A stretch of DNA of 64,000 bases from Botryllus schlosseri (Eukaryota). This document shows positions 1-12,600 of the stretch, one piece after another. Within the stretch, counting starts at the first letter, position 1, and every line of letters starts with the position of its first letter. The DNA is taken from NCBI GenBank assembly GCA_051294905.1, contig CM119386.1, positions 12,772,001 to 12,836,000 of the forward strand. The letters are read 5' to 3'. Below the pieces are notes generated by a model that was given only the letters and a program-made list of their open reading frames with translations, was not told the origin of the DNA and did not search any database. Position numbers and translations under genes: made by a program.

Positions 1-51
1 CCGGTACCTATACCTACGGTATATCATAATATTTATGCTTGAATTTTCTAG

Positions 52-430
52 GTATATAAGTCATATAGATACATTCCTGTAGAACACTGATTCATGATTT
101 TATAAAAGTTGGTGCAAGAATGGAAATTTTCAACTTGATGTTGATTAATGGAGCAAAATTTGATATTTGAGTGCAATTATACCTCGAATCCAGTGACAAG
201 ATTATTAATCGTTGAAACCAAACGCAGCTTGATTATGTTGGCCAGAGAATTTGGCTAGCCAGACCATATTGATGGAATATGGTCACAGTAAGATAATATT
301 TTGAGCTATTTTACATGAACTTTCCAACATTTGATTTGATATGTCCACTAAAACAGTTGTTATTCTGCTTTCGAATAAGACCTTAATTGCTGGTTTCAAT
401 GGTAACTGTGTTTGTCAAAGGCTGCAAAGG
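52..430 (+). pseudogene. Decayed exon-like segment, possibly ankyrin/SOCS-box-like
   Basis: Bounded by TTTTCTAG and G|GTAATT. One frame with several stops reads EIFNLMLINGAKFD...CPLKQLLFCFRIR. Confidence 0.22.
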
Positions 431-549
431 TAATTTCTTTTCCTTGTTAGATGTTTATTTGTTTGTTTGTGGTGTTCATGGTGGTGGTTCGACTACACTG
501 GTCATTTTACACCAGGCCGATTCTTATTAATATTATTCCGTATCTGCCC

Positions 550-1439
550 GATTACCAGTGAACTCGGCACTTGGTGAATTCGGCCGCACAAACTCGGCAC
601 TTGGTGAATTCGGCCGTGGTAGATCTCGTAGCGGTACCGGTCACCATGATTGGTTACTGGAATGTTTGCCGGTGAACTTGGCACTTTGAGTGGTTGTCAA
701 TGTTGTACGGCGGTCAGGGCATGCGTAGATCACACAGTCACGGCGTGATTAGATCACAGATTGCGTAATTGCGGGAAATAACGCGACGCTCTTCACTTGG
801 TGAACTCGGCCCTTGGAGGAATTGGCACTAGAACACCTTCGCATTAGAAATGCATTTAGTATGAATGAACAGTATCAAAAAGGAAATTTAAACGTGTCGT
901 GGCTCGTGGTAGATCTCGTAATCTTGGGATCCTTCAACCGTGTTATCGAGACACCCTAATCCCAGAGTGGAATCGTCTCTCCAAAGGCAAAAAATAATTT
1001 ATTTTGACGTGATCATGCGAAACATTTGTTGATGAGGAACACTGGCTTGTCGTGATCAATAAACGAAGAAGCGCCGCTTGATGTTCCACAGTTTTGATCT
1101 CACATACAACGCCAAGATCCATCTTCTCAAAACTTACACGACACAGGCCCGTGACTCACGCCATCGATTCCAAGCAGACCGCGCGTGGTCGGTATATGAG
1201 CGCTGTGTTATTTCCCGTGGCTACGCAATCCGTGATCTAATCATGCCGTGACTGCGCGATCTACGGATGCCCTGACCTCCTTACAAGATTGACGAATCAC
1301 TTGATAATACTATTATTAGTTTGATAATTCATATTAATAGCTGTAAATACACTTCATTTCAAAATTTCCCGAGGGCCGAATTCACCAAGTGCCGAGTTTG
1401 TGCGGCCGAATTCACCAAGTGCCGGGTGCATCGGCAACC
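550..1439. mobile_element. Non-autonomous TIR element (Merlin-like) inserted in a SINE
   Basis: ATCTGCCC 8-bp TSD at 542-549 and 1440-1447. Long imperfect inverted arms contain CGGCACTTGGTGAATTCGGCC repeats. Confidence 0.75.
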
Positions 1440-2070
1440 ATCTGCCCACTTACAGCACGGCCCACTCCTAGGCTTTTTAAGACATGGCTATGCGAATCAG
1501 ATGGCGAGGAGGAGCCTAGATAAACTGCCAACACTTCGGTAGGAATTATGGAGTCGACGTGTCACGCTCGAACCCGCAATTCATTGGTGTTTAGCTATAA
1601 TGGAACGTACCACTACGTTTCCTCGCCATACCTTGTAAAATGAGACCGTAGCATTTGGCATTTCGTGTGGCAATTGACTTTTGTGTGGAAAATTGTGTTC
1701 GTTTTAGAACTTATCCGAAACTTTTATTCCGCCATAGATTGTATATGATAAAACAATATCGGAATTGATCCTAGAAGAATTCCAAAGCAACTCACCGCAA
1801 AGGAGGATTTAAAGAAGTTTGATGGAAAATTGAATGAAAGCAAAAGCCTTTGCAAGAGATGTGGTATGTTGAATCTGTTTTGGTATTTTTAAATAGGCCT
1901 ACTTTGTTGTGCCGATAGCAGACAGTATATATAAACGTCAGATGTGGAAGCTATCAAGGTGTTTTTAGAAATTTAGTCAGTCAAAGTGGACGATCGTATT
2001 GCTTGGATTATATTTAGGCTTATTTTAGCATCTTTGAGATGCAACTCTAAACGTGGACGGTCATGAACAG

Positions 2071-2736
2071 TAGGGCTCTTCAAAAATGACTTTTTTTCTC
2101 AAATCGTACTGGCTACTTGATAAAATTGTTAGGTTACCTAATTTAATCCTACAAACAAAATATGGTTCAAATCCAGCCAGTATCCGCTTTGCTACAAGAG
2201 AAGAAAGTTCCTATTTATTATATAAAAATGAATAATAAAAAATTTGAAGATTTTCTGTTAACCCCATGAAAGTGTTAGGCTGTCTATAGAAACGATGCTC
2301 ACCAAATTTGGTTCAATTCCAACCAGTGGAAGCGGAGTTATTGCTGTCGAAAAATTTGGATTTTAATAAAATAGTACTTACGGTGAGCACAACTTTAATA
2401 AGTAGACAAAGAATCGGTCACCGTGAATACTATTTTATTCAAATCCAAATTTTTCGACGGCAATATCTCCGCTTCCACTGGTTGGAATTGAACCAAATTT
2501 GGTGAGCATCGTTTCTATAGACAGCCTAACACTTTCATGGGGTGAACAGAAAATTTTCAAATTTTTATAACCTATTTATTTTTATATAATAAATAGAAAC
2601 TTTCTTCTCCTGTAGCAAAGCGGTTACTGGCTGGAATTGAACCAAATTTTGTGTTTAGGCTTAAATTAGGTAACCTAACAATATTATCAAGTAGCCAGAA
2701 CGATTTGAGAAAAAAAGTCATATTTTAAGAGCCCTA
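2071..2736. mobile_element. Foldback MITE (~320-bp arms, ~30-bp spacer)
   Basis: TAGGGCTC...GAGCCCTA; almost the entire element is an inverted repeat. Degenerate relatives lie near 30480-30810 and 35690-35810. Confidence 0.85.
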
Positions 2737-5700
2737 ATGTCCATGTGAGAGAAACGTTTTAGGGTAGGCCTACTCATATGTCTCGCAGCGTTCTCTACAT
2801 AATTGTCAATTGCGATACAAACTGTTTGCTTGTATTGGTAAAGCCATCCAACTTCGAATTGTAAAATGTTGGGAGTCTTGATATCAAATTTTTGAAAGGT
2901 GCACTTTGAGAAGATTTCGGAATCTGTCAAATTATACAAAAATTTAGCAAATTCTTTGACATATTTCATCTATTTGGGACTCGATCAACGTAAAAGAATT
3001 GGTAATCATTTTATACAATGTATTGTATTTGTAGTTGAAGTATAGTAATAATTCTTATGGTTACCGCACTTGTAACGATTCACGGCCATAACTGGAATAA
3101 TTAGAATGATGTAACTTTCAAATTGTCATGCATTTTGCAACCACATTGTTCTCAATTTTCAAGGTGCTGACCATTCGAGGAAGAATCACCCACCGGGAAT
3201 TCACGATCCGTAAACGCGGCCGACTGTTTCTCTCCTCAAGCGGAAGCGACAGAGAAGAGGAACGAAGAGAAAAAAGGAGCAGAAATAGCAAGAGTGTGAC
3301 AAGTCGCGTCCGTTCGCTTTAATGCGTATTTCCATCCGCGAAGTAGTAGGTGGGAAAACTAATGGGCGTTTGGTTAGGGCTTATATAAGGTTGACTCCAG
3401 CGCTGTATTTGCTTAATGTTGCTATGAAATAGGGGTGGTGTCATTTGGTATCAATATTGACTATTGAAAGACCATTTGTTAGTGGTCATGGATTTGTTCG
3501 GCCAGTATGCAGTAATTTCTGATGGTCACTTCCCGGGCTTCTGTTCTCTAACCCCTCATGATTGTTATTCTGCTTCTAGTAAGACTGTCGATTCTAATGT
3601 TTTATCGTATCATTTATCGGAGGTTTCGCTCGCTTTATTTACAACGTTTTGCTCTCTGCTAGGTCAATTACTGGCTGAGTATCACTACAGCCTAAGAAAC
3701 TGCACTAATTCTCATTTTAATGTCTTGCTGGTTATCTAACTGTCAATTCTAATAATTTATTAATGTCTATACCAGTGCCGCCACTCAAATGTTTTGTTCT
3801 CTGTACACAATATTGTTAGGTCTTCAGCTTTCCAGGCAGAGTATCATTCCACTTTCTAGACTTGAGTATATATCTCTCCAACTAGCTGCCAAATAACTGA
3901 TTCATTTGGATTGTTGAATTGATCATTTTGGACAGAATGTGAAGAAATTTTAGTCAAGAATTCTTTTTGTGTTAGTGGCTGTTTTCAAAGAGTGCTGAAG
4001 TAGTCATCGTTGATCTTGATAATCAAGTAGAAGTGACGATTGAAGTCAGTTCTCTAGTCATATAATATTAAAAAATATAATAATAAAACTTGAAAACTTG
4101 AGTGGAAATAGTTCAGAATCGAATCCATTTTAGTACGTATGGGCGAAAAAAATGTAGGAGTCATTCGTTAGTCGCTACCTCTGCCATTTTCGCAGTACGA
4201 ATGTCTTAGCTATTAATCATCATTTTCATTTTATTTCTGCAGGGTGTTGAGAAAAAAGGCCGCATGCTGGTTATTTAACTGGCTCATCAGAAGATGAAAC
4301 CTGATGATAAGGACTGTTTTCACTTTCTTTCTAAAGACATTCGTTCGTTTGTTCGTTTTATTTTTTACAACGGCATTATTGCCAATTCGTTTGAAATTAA
4401 ATTATCACAAATGTGATTAATATGTAGTAAATAATGTGGTGTGTGTACGCAGCCGTGATCAGGTTAAGCCCATAGTGGTAGAAAACAGGTTATTATATCA
4501 GGATCTTCTTCTTCTAACGTAGGATCTACATTCTACTGACCATGTTTAAAGGCTGTAGCATCTGCATAATATTTACATTATTGAAGGACATGGAAAAGAC
4601 GTTGAATTGAGTCGACACAAAATCCCCCTTTCTACGACCTGCCGAGATCTAATATCTACTATATCGGCTCGGCTTTTCTACATCTTTGGTCTGTACTGTG
4701 TTTGCTGGGCAATAACGCAGGTATTGGATGTATCACCAGGATCACTCTTCCGGCCATGGCGCGTGGCAGCAATCGGCCACATATGATGTTTCGATGTTGG
4801 CGGCATTGAAATACTAATTAAAGTAATTCAAATCAATCAGCATACAAATTGCCGACTTATTTCATCGCATCACGTCATTTGTAAAACAACTAACAAAGAA
4901 TATAAGCTCCACTGCCACCTGAACAGAGCTATCTCGCGATATCTTCACAGCTGCTAGTTGACGCTCTGCTGCAGACAAAATATCGCAAAATGCATTTCTA
5001 CCCAACAAAATCTGGATTTGACATAACAAATAGTGTTCCGACACGTGAAACGCCGTACCTCAAAATCTTGATGTCTCTTTTTCGATCAAACAGTTGTTTT
5101 AGAAAGTAATAGGACAGTCCTACATGTTGCTAAACTATAAAGAAGTGTGTGCAGCTCATCTTGAAGAAATCTCAAAACTATACGATACGCTCAATTATAC
5201 AGTCGAGAATCTTAGAAGTTATTCACGAAAAATATTCAAAATTTTTCAATCTATTCACTGTGTCAAGGAATGGCTTTCAAATACGTATAGCCTATAGTTA
5301 AGCCTAGCATCACACTAATTTTCAGGGATATCCAAGTGGCGCAAGGTGTCCAACGGGCCCGATACGCTCGGCTGCACAGTCATTGAAATTCAAATTTATT
5401 CACGAAAAATATTCGAAAATTTTAAACTATGACCTGTGTCAAGGAATGGCTTTCGAAATACCAGCGGGAGCATTACTTCAGTGCTGATTTACTGTGTCTC
5501 AGTCGAATTTTACCCCAAAATTCTCAAAAAAGAGGACAAAGGAGATGACATTTGGGCGTCCTTCGAGGGCACTTTCAAAAAAGAGGATAAATCCTCTTGG
5601 AAAAGGACGTATTGTAACCCTATTCATTGCTCTCGATACGTAGAACTACTAGACTAGGCGATGTCGGTATAACTTTCCGGCATAATATGACAGAATATGA

Positions 5701-8700
5701 AACCGCAGAGTTGAAAGAAATTGATATGATGCAATACACAATCCACCAACACATCTAAACGATACAATTGAAGCCTGTGCCAATTGTTGACCATGACCAG
5801 TGATATATATGTATCACCTAATACATCAATCCGATTTAAATTAAGCAAGAGGTTCGTTAAGATGACCAGTGACCACTGGGCAGAAAGACACCATTACAGA
5901 TATACTACTAGTCTACGATTACGACAACGTAAGCTTCAATCACTTTGTTTGCGTTCAATTTATTTGTGACTCAGGAACGGGGGCTGAATAAAACGAGGCT
6001 CCACATGCGCACAATCGACTGGTTTCTCACACTAATCGTATCAGCGTCTCGAGAACATAGTAGGCTACGTATAGGTGCAACGATTCAGTCGACACCGACT
6101 ACTTGATGACTTGGCTCGACAACTTGGCTTCGAGTCACGAGTCAATCGAAATTTTTGAGGCTCCGAGGGCCGAGACAGGCCATCTGAAAAAGTCAAGTCG
6201 AGTCGACCCAGTACTGGTTCCTACTAATCTCGACGTCGACGGGAAGATCTAACTCGAGCAGAAACTTCAAGCTGATACTCTTATGGCAACACTGTCTGCG
6301 TTTGAGATCACTTTCGTTGAAATCGATTTCGAATATGCCTTTGGCTTATACCGACAGATATGCATGCCTCTTTATTTCGGAGACCCAGCATTTTTGGTAC
6401 TTAGGCTGCAAGTCGGAGTCTATTTTATTCCGGACGGAGTTGTTGACTCAAGTGACGAAGGGCCTGGCGTCGCATAGCTAAGCAGACGTCCTGACTCTCT
6501 CTTGTCTCGGACTTCTATTGCGTCGTATAGGTATTCTGCAACTGTATCCAAGCCTGCCTAACAGAGTAATAACGAATAGCGAAGGATACACAATTTTTAT
6601 GTACAGTTTATTCACAGAGAAATTGTACTCGGAGGGTGAAAGTTCTCACACAGACGAAGCGACGCTCCAACAATCGGCGTTGCAGGAAGCACTCTGACAT
6701 GATCGAAACAAAAACAACGTGAACGAGAACAGCAAACACGAACATTTGAACATAACGAACAAAACCCGAAACATCACAACCACACACCCACGGTCGATCT
6801 GTGAACATTAAAAAAAGCACGTTACGTATTCGTGCTGATATCTAGTCGAACGTAGCGTGATATGAATTCATCAAGCACCGGCCCCAATCATTTGCATCTT
6901 AGAACTACGAAATGCCTAAATCAAAATTCGCGATATCGTCACAACGGAATTACCTTCAAATACAGATTGGAGTAGAGACTACAGTCGTGTCTCGCCGATT
7001 AACAAATCAGCGACGTCAGTACGACGGAGAAATAGTCAGATTTTGTACACCGCACGGTGCTAGAGACCATCGAGGCCCGAAAGGCTTCACACCTCGCTAT
7101 TAAATCCTAGCAAATACGGTCGACCATACTTTATGTAGGATCACAAGTGTGTCAATTCTCTAACGCGAAATCGTACGCCCGCACGCAATGTTTCTAGACC
7201 CGAAAATTCGCTACAAAAACGAGAAACATATCACACCATCACTTGAGTTGAATAGAGCGAGGCACTGACAATTAACGGCCTTGATCTCACGCGAAACGCA
7301 TATACAATTCGTACAGACGAAAGGAAAATAGCACGGTAAAGTAATACAAAACCAAGCAATCGCGCCTCCAAGTGTTCGAGCGCGACATGCTACCGTCGCC
7401 GTAAACGCGCGGGAAAAAAGACAAGCTCTAAACTACGCCAACCCTACGCGTTCAAAGCGCAAAGCTGAAAAGGCTGCAATAAAAATAAAAGGGAAGCGGC
7501 GACCAACTTCCGAGACAGTCGATAAAAAAGGAACACGATAAATTAGAAATTGAAAGTGGCGGATACGCCGGTATGAAGGCAGAGATGGACAACTAAAAAT
7601 GTTCAGCGTTTCCAAATTAGACTAAAATTCGGAAGAAATATAACAGAAATCGAGTCCAGTTCGTATCAAACCGTGTTCATTCCCATAAGCATGAGAATGG
7701 CGAATGTCTGTACACTGAGCTTTGACACTATACCGTTATTCGGTAACGTTTTCATGAAAACCAAATATTAAATTTGAATTACCGACATTTCGCTCTAATT
7801 TGGCAACTAGAATTATGTAGTTGCCAAATCTGCTCTCATGGGGGGACTCCGGTAATTTAAAAGAATAGTTTCCAGACAAATCAGCGGGCTGTAATGAAAA
7901 TGGCGTCAAAAGCATTGGCGTAAGACAGAGAGAGGGGAAAGTGAGCAGTTTGAGCGTAATTTTTCGATATTAGAAGACTGTTTTGGATGGAAAATAGTTG
8001 TGTCGAATTGGCCACTTGCCACCATTCAAAACACAGATTGAAAACACGATCAGGACGGAGGTACGTCGACTAGCGGCGGCAATTAAAGCGTGGTATAAGA
8101 TAACCCCAAATATCAATAATAACCCTTAAGAAATCACGCAATCCAAATCATAGTTAAAATCAGCCGAGGGGAACTATAGCCGGTAAACGTACTCAGCTCT
8201 GCATGCACTTATCCACCGTGAACTTACGAAAATGTTACTACTACAAGCGAGATAAATCACAATAAAAAACAAAAGAGATATCACTAATCAATAATCATAC
8301 ATGAGGCGTATGGAAACAAGAAAAGTTGAACTTATGAATGTACCGTTTCATATTAGAAACACCACGTAGAATTGCTATCGGGACACGACACAACAAAGCA
8401 CGCGAACTACACGCGCCGGGGATGAACTAATTTACCGGCGTATAACAGAAACCGACCCGGACGTTACAGTTATTTTAATACAGGCAAGATCACACACTGC
8501 CAAATTCGGCTACGGGAAACGGGGCACACGCTGGCGATTACAGAAAACGCGTCGCAGCGGCGTAGTTTTCCACACAATATTCAGACAACGGATAGGAACT
8601 TATCGGGAAAGAGAGATGATCACTAAGTGCAAAAACGCTGAACTTTATAGACACGGTAAAGGCCTTGATGGAACGTTTCGAACTTTAAACAGGGTCGAGC

Positions 8701-9489
8701 TACAAAGAATGAAAAATAGACCCCGGGCGGGGGGCCAAAGACCGATAACATTACGGAACTATCGCAAAATACTGGCAACAAACACTAGGATGTTTGACGG
8801 ATTGGATATTCCATAATATGTGGAATGGTGTCGGCCGGTTAAGTTGAACATGCGGGGTAGAGATAAAACAATATGTATGATTCCAATGAACTGTTACAGT
8901 CGGAAGGATAAAGTGAACTGTTGCTACGCCGACACCGATCGTAGGTAACTCAGAGTCGGTTAAAGTCATCAAAGCACTGACACACCTTGAAAATATCTTC
9001 AACACGCTAAATGCGAACAGTAAACAACGAATTTTTCCGCGCGTTATGGCGCGAAGTCAAAAGCTTTCCATTCGACGCGATCGCACGACTTGGCGAACCG
9101 ACAATATGCGATAGTGATCATAATTTACAGTGGCAGCCAGCCCAGTCCGGATTTGACATTATAGCGACCTCGGCGCGAAGAAAAAAGAGGAAAAATAGTA
9201 TCAAGTACACCTTGCGTTGCACGTCTGAAGACTTCTTTGGTCGTGGCGGTCACCGCGATTGGCGTAATTTGAGGGCGCCTCGAACGGGCGAGGACGCGTC
9301 GAGCAAACGATATGAAATGGTTTACTTAATTTAGTAGCGAAACAAAAAACGGCCGACGCGCCCGGCGCTGGCTTGCGAAGCGTACAGAATGGAATACTTT
9401 TGTTGACGTTAAGAAATCTGCAGCCTACTACGCGTAGGGTAGGGTAGGACTCTCCGAGGCCGCGGCGGCCGTGTCGGGAAAAAATGTCC

Positions 9490-9624
9490 TCAATTGTTCA
9501 CTTCCAGTATGAGCGGGTCCATTTCGTTCTGGTTCTTGAGAGTGAAGATCGAGTTCGAGAACAGGACGTTGATGGTGCGCAGCACGGGCAGCAGCAACAG
9601 GAGCTCGGAGTACAGCACGCACGC
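9490..9624 (-). CDS. NR1I exon 15 ([10 protein letters not shown]...[10 protein letters not shown])
   Basis: Helices 10-12 (AF-2) and the stop codon. Confidence 0.92.
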   Translation of the reverse strand, partial: ACVLYSELLLLLPVLRTINVLFSNSIFTLKNQNEMDPLILEVNN

Positions 9625-12600
9625 CTGCAGAAGGCAGAAACACATTTCAACGATATTTACCAACAGAGGATAAGCACGGGCAGGGAGTAGCTGAATACCG
9701 TTACACACACACCGTGACATTATCGCGGTTGTTCTAACCCGGCGAACCCCAAGCCTTTGGCGAACCTCACATTTTCGCCTAGTACCCAAAACAAGTATCA
9801 TCCTCCATACGGTTGCCCGACATATGAGCAATTGAGCATGTGACACAATGGAAAACGACAGTTCAGCATGGGACGCTACAGAATGCGTCACTTCGCCATG
9901 TGACTTACAAACCAAAAACTTACCCTAACCAGAAACATAGCTCTAAAATTAACCCTTATAAACATCCTAACCCCAAGCCTAACCCTAACCCTAACCTACC
10001 GCGAACCCGTAATTTAACCCACATGCTCATGTGTCGCGTGCCCATGTTTTTGGTAAGGGGCGGTACCCCTGCCCAGTGCTCTGAATGTCTCCAAGTGAAG
10101 AAGTCCAACTGAGCACGGATAAACGGCGGGAGTAACTCGTAGCCCGTCGCATTGATCGGTACCCGAGAAGTAGCTCTTGGTTTCAAAAAGGTTGGTGACC
10201 ACTGGTGTAAGTGTCACACGGGACGTTTTGCCTCGTCGTTATGACAATTTCAATCATACACGAGACGCTAACTTTACGAAATTCTAAAGACGCTAACTTT
10301 ACAAAATTCTAAGTCTAAAATCAAGTATCTTTGACTAACAAACTACAGAGTTAGAAGTACCGTAGTAGTGGTCTGGTAGCCTAAAACCGCTTCAGTAAGT
10401 AGCGCAGGTAGGCAAAAGTACACAGTACTTCATTACTGACAAACTCTAGCTCACAACACATCTGCGAGAAATGTTGTGTTAATCATGGTGTTTGTCTACT
10501 ACAAAGGCCATTTACACCAGGCCGATATTCAGTTTGATTCCGTATCCGCCGACTTGTAGCAAGGGCCACTTCTATAGGCTTTTTTAAGACACCGCTCGCG
10601 GGGATCTGGTGGCGAGGAGCCTATAAACCTCCAACGCTTGGAATTCTGGAGTCGACCTCGGTCGGACTCGAACCCGCAACCCATTTGTGTTGCAGCCGTG
10701 GATCGTACGACTGCGCTATCTCGCCGCTATCTGCGAGAGATCGTTTGCTGAATATTTTACAGTCCGGGCAGTATAAAACGAATTCGACCAAACAACATAA
10801 CGTCCCACGCAGCAACGCCTCCCGTTCTTCCCTTTCCACAAAACCAACCAAATCCCACGTTCCGCTGCGTAGACATCCGCATCGCCTGCACTTCTCCCGG
10901 CAACGCAAAAGATCACGCGGGTACAACGAACGGGAAGCCTTCAACTTTCATACCTCACGGAAATCGCAAGCGCGCGCTCGCAAAATGCATACGGATATCA
11001 AATTACCTTATCCGGCTCGTGGTGCGTGTACTCGTATGCCCGCAACGCCTGAGCGATTCTCTTCTGCATGGCTTCGACTTTGGCGCAGTCTTGAATTCCG
11101 GGGCGGTCGGGCGAGAAGAGCACCAGCCCGAGCAGGAGACAGATTTCTTCGACCTGAGAGATCAATCGGAAAATGTGAACCGATATTACTAACAGACGGA
11201 TAGTCTGCTACATTTGGTTGTATTCGCTGATTGAGATATAAAATCGGATAATGCAGTGGTTCCCAACCTTTTTCGACCCATCGCCCCCTTTTCAAGGTCA
11301 ACACCAATCATCGCCCCCCAAAATTTTGTGCACCGATAATTGGGCATACAGACTGTAATCACCGGCGGGTTGACTAAAAAAAAAAAAAAAAAAGGTCATC
11401 TTTCTCCGCTCAGAGCTGCAAATAACGTTTTTTCTCTCCGAATTGCTAGGTGGATGACTAAAAAAAAAAAGGTCAGCCGTTTTGACGCGTCATCGCCCCC
11501 CTATCGCCCCCTTCGCTATTTTCGCCCCCCGTCGCCCCCTTTGTCCATTTTCGCCCCCCTATCGCCCCCTTCGTCATTTTCGCCCCCCTAGATCGCCAAA
11601 TCGCCCCCTGGGGGGCGATATCGCCCACGTTGGGAACCACTGGGATAATGTATTCCTATTGGAATGATTTAGTGTACTTCCACTTCGACATGAACAGCTT
11701 TTAGGCAAAAGACACTTTGGACATTGAAAAGAAGAAAAGTAGTTTTGCGATTATTTAAGTAACTTTTATGAGTGAAATCTTCACAACCCATAACAACTGC
11801 GTGAAATAGCCATCACAGTAACTGCAAAATATTATACTTATTTTGTAGCAAGTCGAGATCTGCGCGGGACGAAGGCGCGTTTAAATTTGAAAACAAGAAA
11901 TCCGCTATCCTACACACGTGATTTGTGCGATAGTTATCGTCTCGCGATCTGTAATACCGTCACAACATCGCCGCGATTCGCGCACGGGTTGGGGAATCGG
12001 TACTGGTCAAGTCAATCATTGACTGGCGTGACGTGGGTTGGCGTAAATCGAAGAAAACAACACGTGCTTGACGAGCGGTCGGTCGACAGCAACGCACACA
12101 TCGATCATTAACCCGAGCCGGACTAGATACCCGCTACTTAACAGCACAGCAACGCGCCCAAATAAACTTGGCACGACTGTTGCTATATATTGCGTCCCTA
12201 TGTTGGTTTGATCCCGTGGGTAAGGAGAAAGGTCGTTTCAAACAATTTTACTTGCTCAGGGCAATCTGTGATATTTCCACCTTATATGGTGCGTTGGGCT
12301 GGTGCACCTATTCAGAGTGGGAATCAACATGACTATTACGAGAATGGCGTCGATAAATATTTACCGGACTAGGACAAACGGATAATTCTAGTCGTATGAG
12401 ACAAATTAGAGCGACATTCCGGTAATCTATTGTATTCTAATTGCGAAATGTTTCCATTATCTAATTTTAATTCTAATCTAATTTATGGTCTTCCTGATAG
12501 AATAACTGTATAGTGCGGAACGAGCCAAACTTGATGTAAAGACATTTGCTATCCTCATGCTTAAGGGAATATAGTTAGATTTGATATATACTGATCTTGA

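Noticed and set aside
10685-11203. 172-aa plus-strand ORF
   Set aside because: It is a shadow of SINE sequence plus the antisense of exon 14.
11490-11625. Short TCGCCCC repeats and other periodic repeats as a CRISPR-like array
   Set aside because: They are subterminal repeats of MITEs with no unique spacers. The context is eukaryotic and there are no cas genes.
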